A stretch of DNA of 64,000 nt from the human T2T-CHM13v2.0 reference genome, Homo sapiens. This document shows, piece after piece, positions 1 to 15,949 of this stretch (position 1 is the stretch's first letter; every line of letters begins with the position of its first letter). The stretch lies in NCBI RefSeq assembly GCF_009914755.1, contig NC_060938.1; one strand, 5' to 3'. A program made the translations under genes and the position numbers. The notes beneath the pieces are model-generated. The model was not told the DNA's origin. It did no database searches and worked only from the letters and a program-made list of their open reading frames with translations.

Positions 1-1445
1 CTACTGGAGAACATGTGGTAAGTAAGGCTATGAGACTATGGTACTGAACAGATTAGTGGGAAATACCATGCCATGGAATTGAGTCAAGAATTTTTATTTA
101 TCATCAAAGTTCACTAAAAATTGTAGAGAGATACACAAATACATAAGTGAGGGCTATGTTCAGAATCTGCAAATTCAGATACCTATAAGTGCCTGGAACG
201 TAATGCAAATAATTGAAAAGACTGAGCCTAATACACTAGACAGTAGTGGGGACAGTTTCTTGCCACAGCTAAAAAGGAAGTTGCTGTGAAACTGATTTTG
301 TTGCTGTGAAGAAATACATGCCCAGTTTCAACATTTTTTCTAATAAAACCGGAAGTCAACAATCCGAATTTTGGGAGAAATATTTGAATCTTTAAATATT
401 GGTAACTAAACAAATTTATTAAATAATAGGCTTGCCAAAAACACATTTGTAGATCAAATCTTGTCTGCAAATGGTCCCTCAGTTAGCAATTTTGAGGTTA
501 AAGATTTAGGCATCTTGTATTATTCATGGAACCAAACCCATATGAACTTGAATTTCTTTATGGGCCTTATATCAAGCCTATGAAGCATGGAAAGGGGTTG
601 GAATCTATGAGTCAAATTCATAAATCAGCATTTCTTGGGGAATAAACAATTTAGGCTCTGTAGTTATTTTGGAGAAAAACAGTGCTCTTTGATCTGTTCA
701 CCAGATTACTTGAAAGACTGTGGAAGCCCAGAGGTATCTAGATAAAGTTTATATGGGGAAAATTTACACTTGGTTCAAAATTTTACACACTAAAACTGAG
801 GCTTTGAAAACATACATTGTATTTTTTTTCTCTATAACTGCCCTTATATAGTTTTTCTTTATGAGATATTAAGGTAGGAATTGTGCGGTTCTTAAATTTG
901 CCAGTTAAAGGTATTTCAATCTCTTTATTTTTAAAGCAATCTTTTTCAAGTTAACAAAGTTCATTATGATTAAATGTGCAGTTTTTCACAGTTCCTATTC
1001 TTGTTCACTTATTGTTGCAAGTTAGTATGCAGATGTAGCTGAAAGCTTATGTGTTAACTTGATGTAGAGAGAGCTCAGATCCACGTGTGTCCTCTTGAGT
1101 CTCATTAGTCATTGTTTGAGAGATGTTATCCTGCCTTCATCTGAAACTTTGCTTTTTTCTGCTCTTACAGAAATGTGTGGCTGCTGAAACATTTAAGCTA
1201 CATTCCATTGACTCTGACTGCTGGTGATCTCCTGGTCTGGTACCTGACACTACCGACTAGCTTTATTGCTAAAACCTTGAATAACCTTTGGGCAATTTAC
1301 TGGGCCTCCTCTCTTTAGCTTCCTAATATTAGGTATCCTATCAATGCATGACTCTTGATAGCTTCTATTCCTAATTATCAGCCTAATCCACAATTTCTGT
1401 TTGAATTCACCTCACTCTATGAATGACCTCACGGAATGGAAGTAG

Positions 1446-1491
1446 AAGATAAGCTCACTTATGAATAAAAAGAAAGATAAGCTCACTTATG
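1446..1491 (+). mobile_element. Micro-insertion: 18-bp direct repeat flanking AATAAAAAGA (probable extremely 5'-truncated TPRT product)
   Basis: aagataagctcacttatg at 1446-1463 and 1474-1491, with an A-rich 10-bp spacer containing AATAAA. Confidence 0.55.
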
Positions 1492-1734
1492 TCTGAATCC
1501 CCTTGCTCAGCCTTTTCTAGGTATGTGTGGAACTTAAAAGACCCCATGGGGCTAACCAGCCATGAGGAACTTGGGGGTTATTACTGGTCTCTCTGGCATC
1601 TCATTATTTTATTTTTAAATTTCCAACTTTCTACTGAGATGATGTCCTGTTCAATGTTGTACTCACATAAGGAAACTCAAACTAGTCCCAGCCTCTGTTT
1701 GGGAAAATAAAAAACTAGCCTTATTCCTATGCCT

Positions 1735-1770
1735 GTTTTTTGTTTTTGTTTTTGTTTTTTTGTTTTTTTT
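1735..1770. repeat. (TTTTTG)n simple repeat
   Basis: Direct reading. Confidence 0.85.
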
Positions 1771-2539
1771 GGACAGCAACCTTCTTACCTCCACTCCCTT
1801 CATTCTTTTCATTCCCATCCATTGTGGAGAGTCAGAAAATATGTGTTTCCTCTTCCCTGTACCTGTTCTCATCCTCATTCCAAAAAGATTTCTTCTTCTG
1901 CTGCTGGATGGGCAAACTCCTTAACTCTCATTCTATATCCTGTCTAGCTATATGTCATGTATTATAGAGTTAATGACCGAGACAGAACACACACCTGACC
2001 TGCTAGAGTAGGCATCCTTTCAGGAAACTCAAAAAGTGATCAGAACTAGTGTCCAGTATCCACTGATTCTAGAACAGCACACCACTCTTTCTAGATGGCT
2101 AGCATGGGTGGCATCAGACTATAAAAAGGGAACCCTTACCTCTAGGTTTTTAACTAGTAATGACCAGGATATAATAACTATGGGAAATAGAAAAAATGTT
2201 GCTTTAACTCTATTTTTCAATGCATTGTTTGTTTGTGGTTGGATAAAGGTTTGGCAGGGGGCATTTGGCCTTCCCCTGACATAATTGAGGGTCTGGGGTA
2301 CAAAAAGCTCATATTCCATTGAGCTTTACAGAAGTTCAGTTCTTTTCTGGCAGGCAAGTAGTTTGGAATGAGTCAGCTCTTACCTCTTACTTCAAAAGAT
2401 TAATTAAAAGAATAAAAAAGAAACTATTGGCATTTAGAAAAGCCATTCTTGCCAGAAAGCTTGTCTTTCAAGACAATTTTCTTACTACAGGTTTAAAAGA
2501 GTAGACTTAGGAGTCTCAAAGATATCTGTTGGTAGTTCT

Positions 2540-3522
2540 AGTGCCAACCACATCCATGAGCCATAAGCTCCAGGTTTACATATACAACTGATTTATCAGC
2601 ATCTACAGTGGATATGTAATAGGCACCTCAAGTTTTGCAAGTGTATAATAGATCTCTTGATTCCTATTCACTATCTATGCCAATCCTTATTCACCTCAGG
2701 GTTTTTTTAGCCTAGTAATTGTGACCATAACTCACCATTTGAATTGAATCCAAAATTTAAGAGTCAATCTTAACTATTCTACTTATCCCATTATACTTCA
2801 CACTCAATCAGTTAGCAGGTCTAGTTCAACCTACTTTTTAGACATAGCCCAGTCTGACCGCTTCTCATCACCTTGATAGATAACATGGACATCTAGCCTA
2901 CAATGATAAAATGGCCTCATGATTTCTCTTCTCATGACACTTTAGATTCTGCTGTTTTAGAACAGCAGTTTAAATATGTACATCATATCAGTTTCTTAAA
3001 ATTCTTAACATATAATTCAAACTCTTTAATGTGCTCTAATGGATCTGACATGATGCAGTGCTTGTTTTCCTCTCCAGCCTCATCTTGGACTGCTCTTGCT
3101 ATTTCTCAGTCGGCTGAAGCCATCCTGACCTAGTCATTGAAACACACCAGACTTAACCCCTTTTGATTTCTTTTGCTGCTTGAAACCAAATTCCCAGTCT
3201 TTGAATGGCTTAGATCTTCAATTCAATTTGTTCTTGGCTTAAAGAATTTTCATGAATAACTTACTTAAAATTGCTCTTTTCTTCTATTGTTCAAGTCACT
3301 TTCTAATGGTTTTCCCATTTTATTTTTCATCATAGCATTTACAAGTATCTAAAAAGGTATTGTACATTTGTTATTTATTTTTTTCTAGATGTCCCCCATT
3401 ATAAACTGTACTGGGGCAAAAAAATGGCATAATTCTTAATGTATATTCTTGGCATCTAGTATAATGCATGGGACATTATAGTATTAAGCAAGTATCTGTG
3501 GAAGTAAATGAATAAGTGAATG
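2540..3522 (+). mobile_element. L2a LINE 3' end
   Basis: Colinear match to the L2a 3' consensus (ctgaccgcttctcatcacc ... catagcattta ... aagtatctgtggaagtaaatgaataagtgaa tail). Confidence 0.75.
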
Positions 3523-3619
3523 GAGGACTCATTATTGTAGGTGATTCCCCTTTAAAGAATGAATACCACATCTTTAAAATATGGACTCCACAAGGCAAGA
3601 ATATTTACAGGTCTTAAAA

Positions 3620-4530
3620 CTATATCAGTATTTCAAAGTGTTTCCCTATTTAAAATTTTATTAAGGTATATTTTCCCAGTGACTTGTCTATTTCATTTGC
3701 ATTTTCAAATTAACTAATGTAAACACTACAGCAATGTCTTATTTTTTTAAGTCCCTGCTATGCCTCTAATTATCTCCATTTTTCATTCTTAAATAATTTT
3801 TTTTTGGTGTAGGGGCCTTCTGTTTTCCTGGTTAATCTTGCCAGATATTTGACAATCTTATTATATTACTTTTCTCAAGGACTGATGTTTTTCTCTCTGT
3901 TGTATCTTTGCTTTATATCTCAAAAATATCTGTCCTTATTTGTGTTATTTCCTTTTGATAGATTATTATGTTTATTATTCTTTTATTTTTTGAGTTCAAG
4001 GACTATTTTCTTGATTTCATCCATTTTCTTCCTAGAGTTATCTTTTAAGATGATAAATTTCCCCCTAAAAACTACCTTATCTGAATCACACAAGTGTGTT
4101 TTGTTTCCATAATTATTAAGTTCTACATATTTTATAATTTTCATGATGCTAGCTCATTTAACAAATGAGTTATTTAGAAGTATGTGAGGATTTTTTTCTA
4201 GTTATTGACTTGAAAATTACAATATAGACAGATATTTTAGCATATATGGTATTGGTTCATTGATATATGTTGTGGCTTGCATGATGGCCCAGTACATGTT
4301 CAAATTTTACAATTACTCCATGTGTCCTAGAGAAGAACATCCATTTCTTAATCAATGGGTACAAAATTCTACACACCCCTTATGTTAATGGTATTGTTCA
4401 AATACACTATACCAATTGTCTTACTGAGTGTTCTGTAAATTATCAAGAGAAAATTGCTAAAGTTCCCAGTCTAATGGCAAATATTTTCCATTATATCTTG
4501 CATATTTTGGATCATTTTATTTAAATATTT
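3620..4530 (-). mobile_element. Old L1M (L1ME-like) ORF2 fragment
   Basis: T-rich antisense L1 motifs (ttatttagaagtatg, ggcccagtacatgttcaaatttt, aaaattgctaaagttccca). Confidence 0.6.
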
Positions 4531-4539
4531 TAAATAATT

Positions 4540-5476
4540 TTTAAATTTTGAATAATTTTGAATTTATTAAATTGCAAAGATAGTACAGAGAATACTTATA
4601 TACTTCAAATCTACTATATTCTGTTATTACATCTTATATTAATGCAGCACTCTGGTCATAATTAACAAACAAATATTAATACATTATTATTATGAACTAA
4701 ATTGTATACTTTATTTTTATATTCTTTATACACTATATTTTCATATTCTTAATTTTTAACTGATATAATTTTTCTAACCCCATGTGTTTCATTCACAGCA
4801 TGAAATTGTATTGAGTCATTATATTTCCTTAGGCTCCTCTTGACTGTGACAATTTCTCAGGCTTTTCTTTATTTTTAAGGAGTTTTGAAATAGTTTTGAG
4901 GGGTATTGGTGAGGTATTTTTTAGACTGTCCCTCAATTGGGATTAATTTTTTCATGTTTGATTGGCATTATGGATATTTGGGAGGAAGACTACAGAGAGA
5001 AAATGCCATTCTCATCACAGCATATTGAGTGTACGTATAATCACCAAGATTTGATTTTGACATTGATTAACTAGCTGAAGTAATATTTGTCAGTTTTCTC
5101 TGCTGTAAAGTTCCTCATATTTTCTCCCTTTTCATACTATACTCCTTGGACGGAAGTTAATAAATGCAGCCTACACCTAAGTGGTAAGGAGTTGTGTCCC
5201 ACCTTAGTGAGGGCAAATGATGAACATAAATTATATGAAAGGCCCTTACATGAGAAATTTGTCTCTTCCTCCAATTTGTTTAATAATTTATTTATATAAG
5301 TATGATCTCATGAAAAATAGTTTTATAATTAGGATTATAGTATAATACTACTTTATTTTTTTTCTTAAATTATTTCAGCTTTGGCCATTGGCTATTGAGC
5401 TCTTTTAGTTACATGCCATGTCCCTTTATCTTATCCCCAGATTGTGGTGCTTTTTGGATGTTGGGGATGTGTTTTT

Positions 5477-5519
<43 letters not shown>

Positions 5520-6935
5520 TTCTCTTGTTTGTTTTGTTTTCTGTTTCAGCGTTTTCTTACTTTCTGGCACTAGAAGATACTTTAAGCTCATATTGTATAC
5601 TTCTTACCACACTCCTAGAAACAGACCATGCTGCTATTAAAGCCATCAAGCCTTTGTGTTTCCAAAGAGCTCTGTTTTCAAATCTGTTTCCAAAGGGCTT
5701 CGATGCCTTTAATTGAGCATGGTATTGAAATCCAAGATTTCAGTGCTGTGTGTTACTGGCATATTATTGTTTCTAGGTCTTCTCAGTGCACAGAACTATA
5801 AAATGTGTGTCCACATATAACCCACATGTGCGTACATATCTGTAAATATTTCTATATGTAATCTTCAGTGTTTATATCAAGTTAAGCCTGAATTTTATAC
5901 TGATATATTTGACTGTAATCTATTACCATGTATATCATTCTATTCTTCTTGTCTATAACCTCCCACCCCAACAGTAGGAAACCTGGCCTCACCATCCTGA
6001 TTCATTACTTAGTTTTCAATTTAAAAATAAATATATAGTGGTAGCAGAAATTTTTACCTGTACCCTTTAGGAAACAAGTTTATCAAATAGAATGCAGTGT
6101 TTTTGTACAGTTCCATTTTCTTTTAGTCTTACACTCATTTTCAAAGTTATATAGATGTCATCTTTCTCCCAACCCCTTTTAGTGGGGGTATATCATATAT
6201 TTGTAATACAATTCTATTACTTGTAACTATAAATTATATCCTGGTGTCCCCTCTCTTTTCCAAATGTGTATTTTTTAATTTGCACAATAAAACTCTTTTT
6301 GCTTGGTGTCTTGATTTTGACAAGTATATAATGTCATATATCCACAATTATGTTGTCATACTGAATAGTTTCATTTCCCTGAAGAATCTCCTGTGCTTCA
6401 TTTATTCAGTTCCTCCTCACCAAATCTCTGGCAACCAATGATGATTTTTTTTACTGATATATTCAACTGTAATCTATAGATTTGCTTTGTCCAAAATATC
6501 ATATATGTGGAATCGTGCAGTATATAGCCCTTACAGAATGTCTTCATTCACTTAACAGTGTGCGTTTAAGATTCATCCATGCCTTTCCATGGCTTGGTAG
6601 CTCATTTTTATCATGGAATAATATTCAATTGTATGAATGTACCACAGTTTGTTTATTCATCTATCTGTTGAAAGGCAGGCATCTTTGTTCCTTTCGGTCT
6701 ATAATGACTATAAATAAAGCTGCCAAAAACCTGTGTGTGCTGGTTTTGTGTGAACATAAGTTTTCAAATCAGTTAGTTAAATATCTAGGAGTGTGATTGC
6801 TGGATAACATCATAAGACTTTGGTTAACTTTTAAGAAACTGCCAAACTCTCTTCCAAAGTAAATGGTAAAGTCTCCCAAACTTTACTGTTTTGCATTGCC
6901 ACCAGCAGGAATGAGAATTCCTTTTGTTCCACATT
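4540..6935 (-). mobile_element. L1MC/L1MD 3' region
   Basis: Antisense long 3'UTR, homologous to the plus-strand copy at 51720-53712; ORF2-end motifs near 6500-6935. Confidence 0.8.
5478..5517. repeat. (GT)20 microsatellite
   Basis: Direct reading. Confidence 0.95.
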
Positions 6936-6940
6936 CCAGG

Positions 6941-7207
6941 CCCAAGATGGTAGATCTACCAACAGCTTGCACCATGGACCTGGAAAAGTCACAGACACGC
7001 AACACCAGCCCATGAAAGCAGCTGGAAGGGCAGCTGTAACCTGCAAAGCCACAGGAGCAGAGCTGCCCTAGGCCATGGGCGTCCACTTCTTGCATTGGCA
7101 TGACCTGAATGTGAGACAGGGAGTCAAAGGTGTTCATTTCAGAGCTTTAAGATTTGATGGCCCTGTTGAATTTCAGATATGAAATTTGGAAAGGTCCAGG
7201 GGTGGAA
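6941..7207 (+). mobile_element. THE1 (MaLR) internal fragment, 5' LTR missing
   Basis: atggtagatctaccaacagcttgcacc...gagcagagctgccc...ggagtcaaagg; purine tract ccaggggtggaa directly before the LTR. Confidence 0.85.
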
Positions 7208-7568
7208 TGATATGGTTTGCCTCTGTGTCCCCACCCAGATCTCATTTTGAATTGTAGCTCCCATAGTTCCCACATGTTGTGAGAGGGAACTGGTGGGAGA
7301 TAATAGAATCATGGGGGCCGATCTTTCCTGTGCTCTTCCCATGATAGTGAGTAAGTCTTGTGACAGCTGATGATTTTATAAAGGGGAGCTCCCCCTACAC
7401 ATGCTCTCTAGCCTGCCGCCATGTAAGACATGACTTTGCTTTTCCTTTGCCTTCCACCTTGATTGGGAGGCCTAGCCATGTAGAACTGTGTCAATTAAAC
7501 CTCTTTCCTTTACAAATTATTCAGTCTTGGCTATGTCTTCATTAGCAGTGTGAGGACAGATTAATACA
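7208..7568 (+). mobile_element. THE1B/C LTR
   Basis: tgatatggtttg...gtccccaccc start and ...gcagtgtgaggacagattaataca end; about 360 bp. Confidence 0.9.
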
Positions 7569-8011
7569 GGAGGCATTCAGTAAATGTTTGCTCTGTATTT
7601 ATAGGAAAAGCTAAGTACTTACTCATTAGTTTCCCTGACAATGAATGTTGTAAACCCTCTTCATATATGTGTTTGGGGGATGGTGTGGTCAACAGAATTT
7701 GCTCAGTGTGCTTTGGAACTGAAGTTGAGGCAGTGGTACATGCTAGGCCAACAGAGCTCAAGGTACGACTAATTTAAGTCAGAATAAAGGTCAAATGATA
7801 AATGAGAACAAATTCAAATGCCAAGTTTGTGGAAACTGGTCAGAACAACATCATGGAAACTACTCTGTCAGAGTCAGAAACACAGGAATGATGACAGCAA
7901 TAAAATGAGAGCAATACACAAATGACTATATACCTACACTCTGAGACATTTCCCTAAACCTCTTTAATATAGGCCCATGAAGATAAAGGTGTCTCCAAGT
8001 TTTTTTGTAGA

Positions 8012-8439
<428 letters not shown>

Positions 8440-10784
8440 TGATTTCAGCTACAAATTCAACATAAAATAGTCTTCATTTTATATTTCATTTTGAAAAATT
8501 TAAGTTGCTGTTCAAGTTGGGTTGTTTTTTCTAATCATATAGTTTTATAGATCTCTAGTTCGGGGGCTCAGGTATATACGTGATAGATCAGGCAGCTTGG
8601 GGAGAAAAGAATAAACAATGGATTGTCTTCTTACCCTTTTATCCCTGCAAACTTTTTCCTAATCCTGAATAAAACACAAAGGTTCATTGCATATGGAATC
8701 ACAAAAGTCTCCAGTGTAACATAAAAAGTGGAAAACAAGCTTTCTTTAGTATTGCAGTATTACTGGAAAACTTTTTAAAAAAATAACAGGACAATAGGAG
8801 AAAAACCTTAACATCCTATACACATTCAGAATAAGCATAAAATTCCTCTTATGGAAGAATTAGAACACAACTCACTTCAAGCAGCATTTAACAATCAAGA
8901 ATAACTTGCACTACTTATTTTTTAGAACTGTACTTTTAATAGAATATGATATCTAAAGAGTATTAAAGAAACTTTTGAAATCAATTTTTTCATAACTGAA
9001 TGTTTTCTAAGGTCAGCTAATAAAAATAAAAAATTGAAAATGATAGTTTTTTCATAATAAAGTATTATATTTAAAAATAGGACAGGTTCCCTCTTCTTCA
9101 TAAGCAAATCAAAATTTTCGTTCATCCTATCAGATCTTTGCTTCAAATTCAACTGAAAATTAATACAGCTTATTAAGCTGGATCTTTTTCTCTCCTCTCT
9201 ATTTTCTTCACAATAGCTTATTTAAAAACCTGGATTATCTACATATTTTTCTCAAATTACTGTTATATGACTTATCTACATGATAGTAATCTATCTCAAA
9301 TGTGTAAGTATGGCAGGTATATTGAAGTGCACTGACACAGTTTCTTTTTTTAACACAAATGAATAATCCTATGGGCGCCAGAAGGATTAATTTTCTGAGG
9401 CATCTTATAACCTTAACAGTAGAAAGTACAGTATTCTACACACAGATTAATTATAAAGTGTGGTATTCTAAAATATCTGAATGTCATAGATTCTCAATTA
9501 ACAACTGCAGAATGGTTTTACATTATTATTATAATTGAGAAGTTTATGTAACTGAAAGTATGAATTGTGATGGGCTCTGTTATACATTTGCAGCAAATCC
9601 TTATCAATGTAAAACAGCCCTTCATTGCCATATATACCCATATATCATATTATTTTGTTGCAACACCTAAATTGCATTCATATAAATTATGGTGAGAAAG
9701 AGCCCAATTTAGGGCTGTAAGGTCACCTATGGATTTATTAGTGGTAGAAAAGTTATTAGAACTTTGGAGTTTCTCATCAGCTTTGGCCAACATGCCTGTG
9801 GAATAGCACATTCTGATGCTGCATTTATGGTTAAGGGACATTGGGAATGGATTTCATTTTACTATGCCAGTTATCAGCACAGCCTTGTCATTTTCATCTG
9901 CTACACATTTTGCTTGCTGTCTTCAAAATCTCACTTTAGTGTTATCTCCCTGGCCTGTTGTCATAGGGCACTGGTCTAGCAGAAAGCATACTATCAATAT
10001 AAACACATTAACAAAGAAAGATTACAAAAGGGAAAGATAATTGTCATAGGCACTTTCCTGAATTTTATTCCCAAAGGCTTTGGACTCAAATGATTCTCCT
10101 GGCCCATCAGCCAAACTCATGTTGTAGAGTGTCATCATTATCAGTGTCATAATCTAATCTATAGATGAAAATATTTCCTCTTTGGAAACTTGATATATTC
10201 TGACTTTATGTCTAATCTCTTTCTCCTGATGGTCCCTTATCAACGAAGAAAGAGCTTGTCAACTCATTAATTCTCTTCCATTTGAAGTGAAAAATGTTAT
10301 CAATGGGAATGCTTGTGAAATTTTAAATGTTGATTTGTTCCTTTTGGGGAATAGGCCATGAGGTATCATTGAAGGTTTTAAATGCTTTCATATAAATCCC
10401 TTCCTCATATATTCATGCATAAATTACATTGACTAAAGAAAGCCAAATTTAATCACAAATAAGTGAAATTTCCTAAATATAGTAAAATAAACTTTTACTC
10501 AAAGTTTTATTATCAATTATAGAAATGCCTCACTTAATGACAGGATACATTCTAAGAAATGCATTGTTAGGTGATTTCACTGATGTGTGACTATCACAAA
10601 GTGTACTTACACAAACGTAGGTTACACTTCTAGTATCTATGGTATAGCTTATATTCTTAGGCTACCAACCTGTATAGCATGTTGCTGTACTGAATACTCT
10701 AGGCAATTAAAACAAAATGATAAGTCTTTATATATCTAAACATAGAAAAGATACAGTAAAAATACGGTATATGTATACATGAGG

Positions 10785-10786
<2 letters not shown>

Positions 10787-10823
<37 letters not shown>

Positions 10824-10824
10824 T
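10787..10824. repeat. (TG)n microsatellite
   Basis: Direct reading. Confidence 0.9.
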
Positions 10825-11098
10825 GGTACACTTGTATAGGGCTCTTACTATGAATGGTGCTTGCAGAACTGGAAGTTGCTGTAGGTGATTCAGTGAGTGA
10901 GTAGTGAGTGAATGTGAAGGCCTAGGACATTACTGTTCACCACTGTAGACTTTAAAAACACTGTACATTTGTTACACTAAATGTACAGAGAATATATTTC
11001 TTCAATAATAAATTAATCTTAGCTTGCTGTAACATTTCTAACTTATAAACTTTTTAATTTTAAAAACTTTTTGGTTATTTTATAATAAAATAAGCTTA

Positions 11099-11449
<351 letters not shown>

Positions 11450-12653
11450 TCACAGTAAGTACGTAAACCAGTAACATAGTCATTTATTATCATTATTAAG
11501 TATTATGCACTGTATGTAATTGAATGTACTATACTTTTATATGATTGCAGTGTAGTAGGTTTATTATGAGATGCTATATTACTCATGTAGCATCTCAAAC
11601 ATGTGAGTAATGTATTGCACTACAGCATTTCAAGATTACAATATCACTAGGCTACAGGAAATTTTTTTGGCTCCATTATAATCTTATAGGACTACTGCCA
11701 TATATGCAGTCCATCATTGAGCAAAATGTCATTATGTGGTACATGACTGTATTTCAAATATAATTTAGTTTCATATTCTAGTTAATGGAGTATTAAAGAA
11801 TACTTCGTATTAGCCTTATCTCTCAAGAAATGCTATTACAAAATATTTTATTCCTGTTTCTGATTTCTTTCTCACTCAGTTTGTTGGTGAGCTTACACTT
11901 GCTTTCCTCTAGTGAAAAAAAAAATTAAAGATGTCTTTCTTAACATTTATCTGTAAACCCAGGTGGCCTACTTATCTGCCGATTTTGAATGGATATATAA
12001 AGGAAAATGCCAGTAATTATACAAGCCAATGACACACTTGCTTTCATCTTACTAACCTTGTTTGGTTCCAGATTCACATACAATTTATCTGCTTTTGGGT
12101 CCTCAGTTTGCAGAAAACCTTTAGATTCTTTCAGCAGCTAATAGGATTTGTCATTCTGTTTGAATTTAGTTTGGAATGTTCTTCTGACTTTGGACCTTGG
12201 CTTCACTAATGATATGGGAGAAAATGACGAAGAAAATTGATGACATATTGTATAGTCTTTTCCTTTTATTTCATGGGGAAATTAGACTTTCTGTCATGGT
12301 GCTTGATATGCTAGTGATTTCCAAGTGAAATTTTCCCATTCATGTCCCTTATGAAAAAAAATAAAAATGGACTCTATGTGAATGACATGCCCAGCCACAG
12401 TTTATTAGATTAGCCATGGATTTCTGCCACAGAGATGGCAACATTTAGATAGGAGAATGAACTGATGTTACCTGCAGAAAAACAAAAATGAGTTTGATCA
12501 ATCAGTATTGTTCCATGAAATCTGAGTTGAAAAACATGGAGAGAATAAGGTGATTAGAAACAGTAACTGTAGATGAAAGGTCCTTAAAAGTGAAATGACA
12601 TTTTAATAAAGGAGGGAAAAATGTTATAGAGTAAGAAGAATAGATGAGGCCTG

Positions 12654-12780
12654 GAAGGGCATAGGGACACACACCTGTAGTCCCAGCTGCTTAGAGGGCT
12701 GAGAAGGGAGGAATTTTGAGCCCAGGAGCTCAAGGCCAGTCTAGGCAACAAAGTGAGATCTTATCTCTTAAAAAACAAAA
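12654..12780 (+). mobile_element. FLAM (Alu monomer)
   Basis: cacctgtagtcccagctgctt...gagcccaggag...ggcaacaaagtgaga; degenerate 17-bp TSD at 12637-12653 and 13009-13025. Confidence 0.8.
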
Positions 12781-13010
12781 AGAAAAGAAGGAAACAAGGA
12801 AAGAAAGAAAAAGAAAGAGAGAAAGAAAAAGAAAGAGAGAAAGAAAGAACGAAAGAAAGAAAGAAAAAGAAGGGAAGAAGGGAAGGAAGGAAGGAGAGAG
12901 GGAGGGAGGGAAGGAGCGAAGGAAGGAAGGAAGGAGAAAGAAGGAAAGAAAGAAAGAAAGAAAGAAGAAAGAAAGAAAGAAAGAAAGAAAGGGAAAGAAA
13001 GAAAGGAGAG
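12770..13010. repeat. Compound (GAAA)n/(GGAA)n/(GGGA)n polypurine tract
   Basis: Direct reading; it is the source of the spurious K/E/R- and F/L/S-rich ORFs. Confidence 0.95.
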
Positions 13011-13467
13011 AATAGGTGAAGTCTGTATGTTTAGCTTCAGAAAGCAGACCAAAGGCCTCAGATGGTAGTATGTACTCAGGGATCACCTCCTTTCCTTCTC
13101 ACTACAGAGCCTACACTCTTGTGGTAACGCAAAGGAATATTAAGAGGTGACCCAGAAATGACCCAAAAGGAATAGAAAATATTCAGAAACATACACAATG
13201 TCAGCATCGATGCCAGCTGTGGTTCAACACAAGTCCAGTTTGCAAGGCAAGGAGAGTAAGACACCAGAAAAGAGCTGTTGCGTTATCTTTTATATCTAAT
13301 GTGACTTTGTTTTTACCTTTTCTTAATTGAACCTGAATGTCCTAAATTCTCTAAACTTTAAATGTAAACAACATGCATGTTTTTCAGAAAACAACATTTT
13401 GAATATTAAAATGGTAAAATAAGTGTTTGCTGAGAACATTAGCATCAGGTCATGTGACATGTTTTTT

Positions 13468-15536
<2,069 letters not shown>

Positions 15537-15949
15537 GACATGTTTCTTAAAAATAAAATTTCTTGGCCTCTCTCAAAGTTGAGGACTTAGAATCACCAGA
15601 GAAATAGCTCAAGAATCTACATTTTTCACAATTTGTCCATGGTGAGTTGTATTCATTCTTATGCTGGTCATTGTTTCATAGATCCTCCAGATTCACTTGG
15701 CTAGGCTATCTAATGGAAGTTTGGTCTCAGTGATTACAACAATTGAAGAGGTTGGGATGTGAGGCCTTTCCTGGTGGGCTGTAGAGGAAGGAGTGTGGAG
15801 ACACAAAGAGACAGGAATAAGGTAACGTATTCATTGTAATTTATTCATCTATCTACTAAACAGCTTTCCTTCTGCCACTGGAGATGGGCCAGAGTAAAAT
15901 CTCTTTACTAAGTTATTAAGAATTGTGTAAGTGACAAGAGCACCAATGT

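Noticed and set aside
12716-13086. Four overlapping 88-118 aa ORFs
   Set aside because: They are translations of a purine microsatellite, which lacks stop codons.
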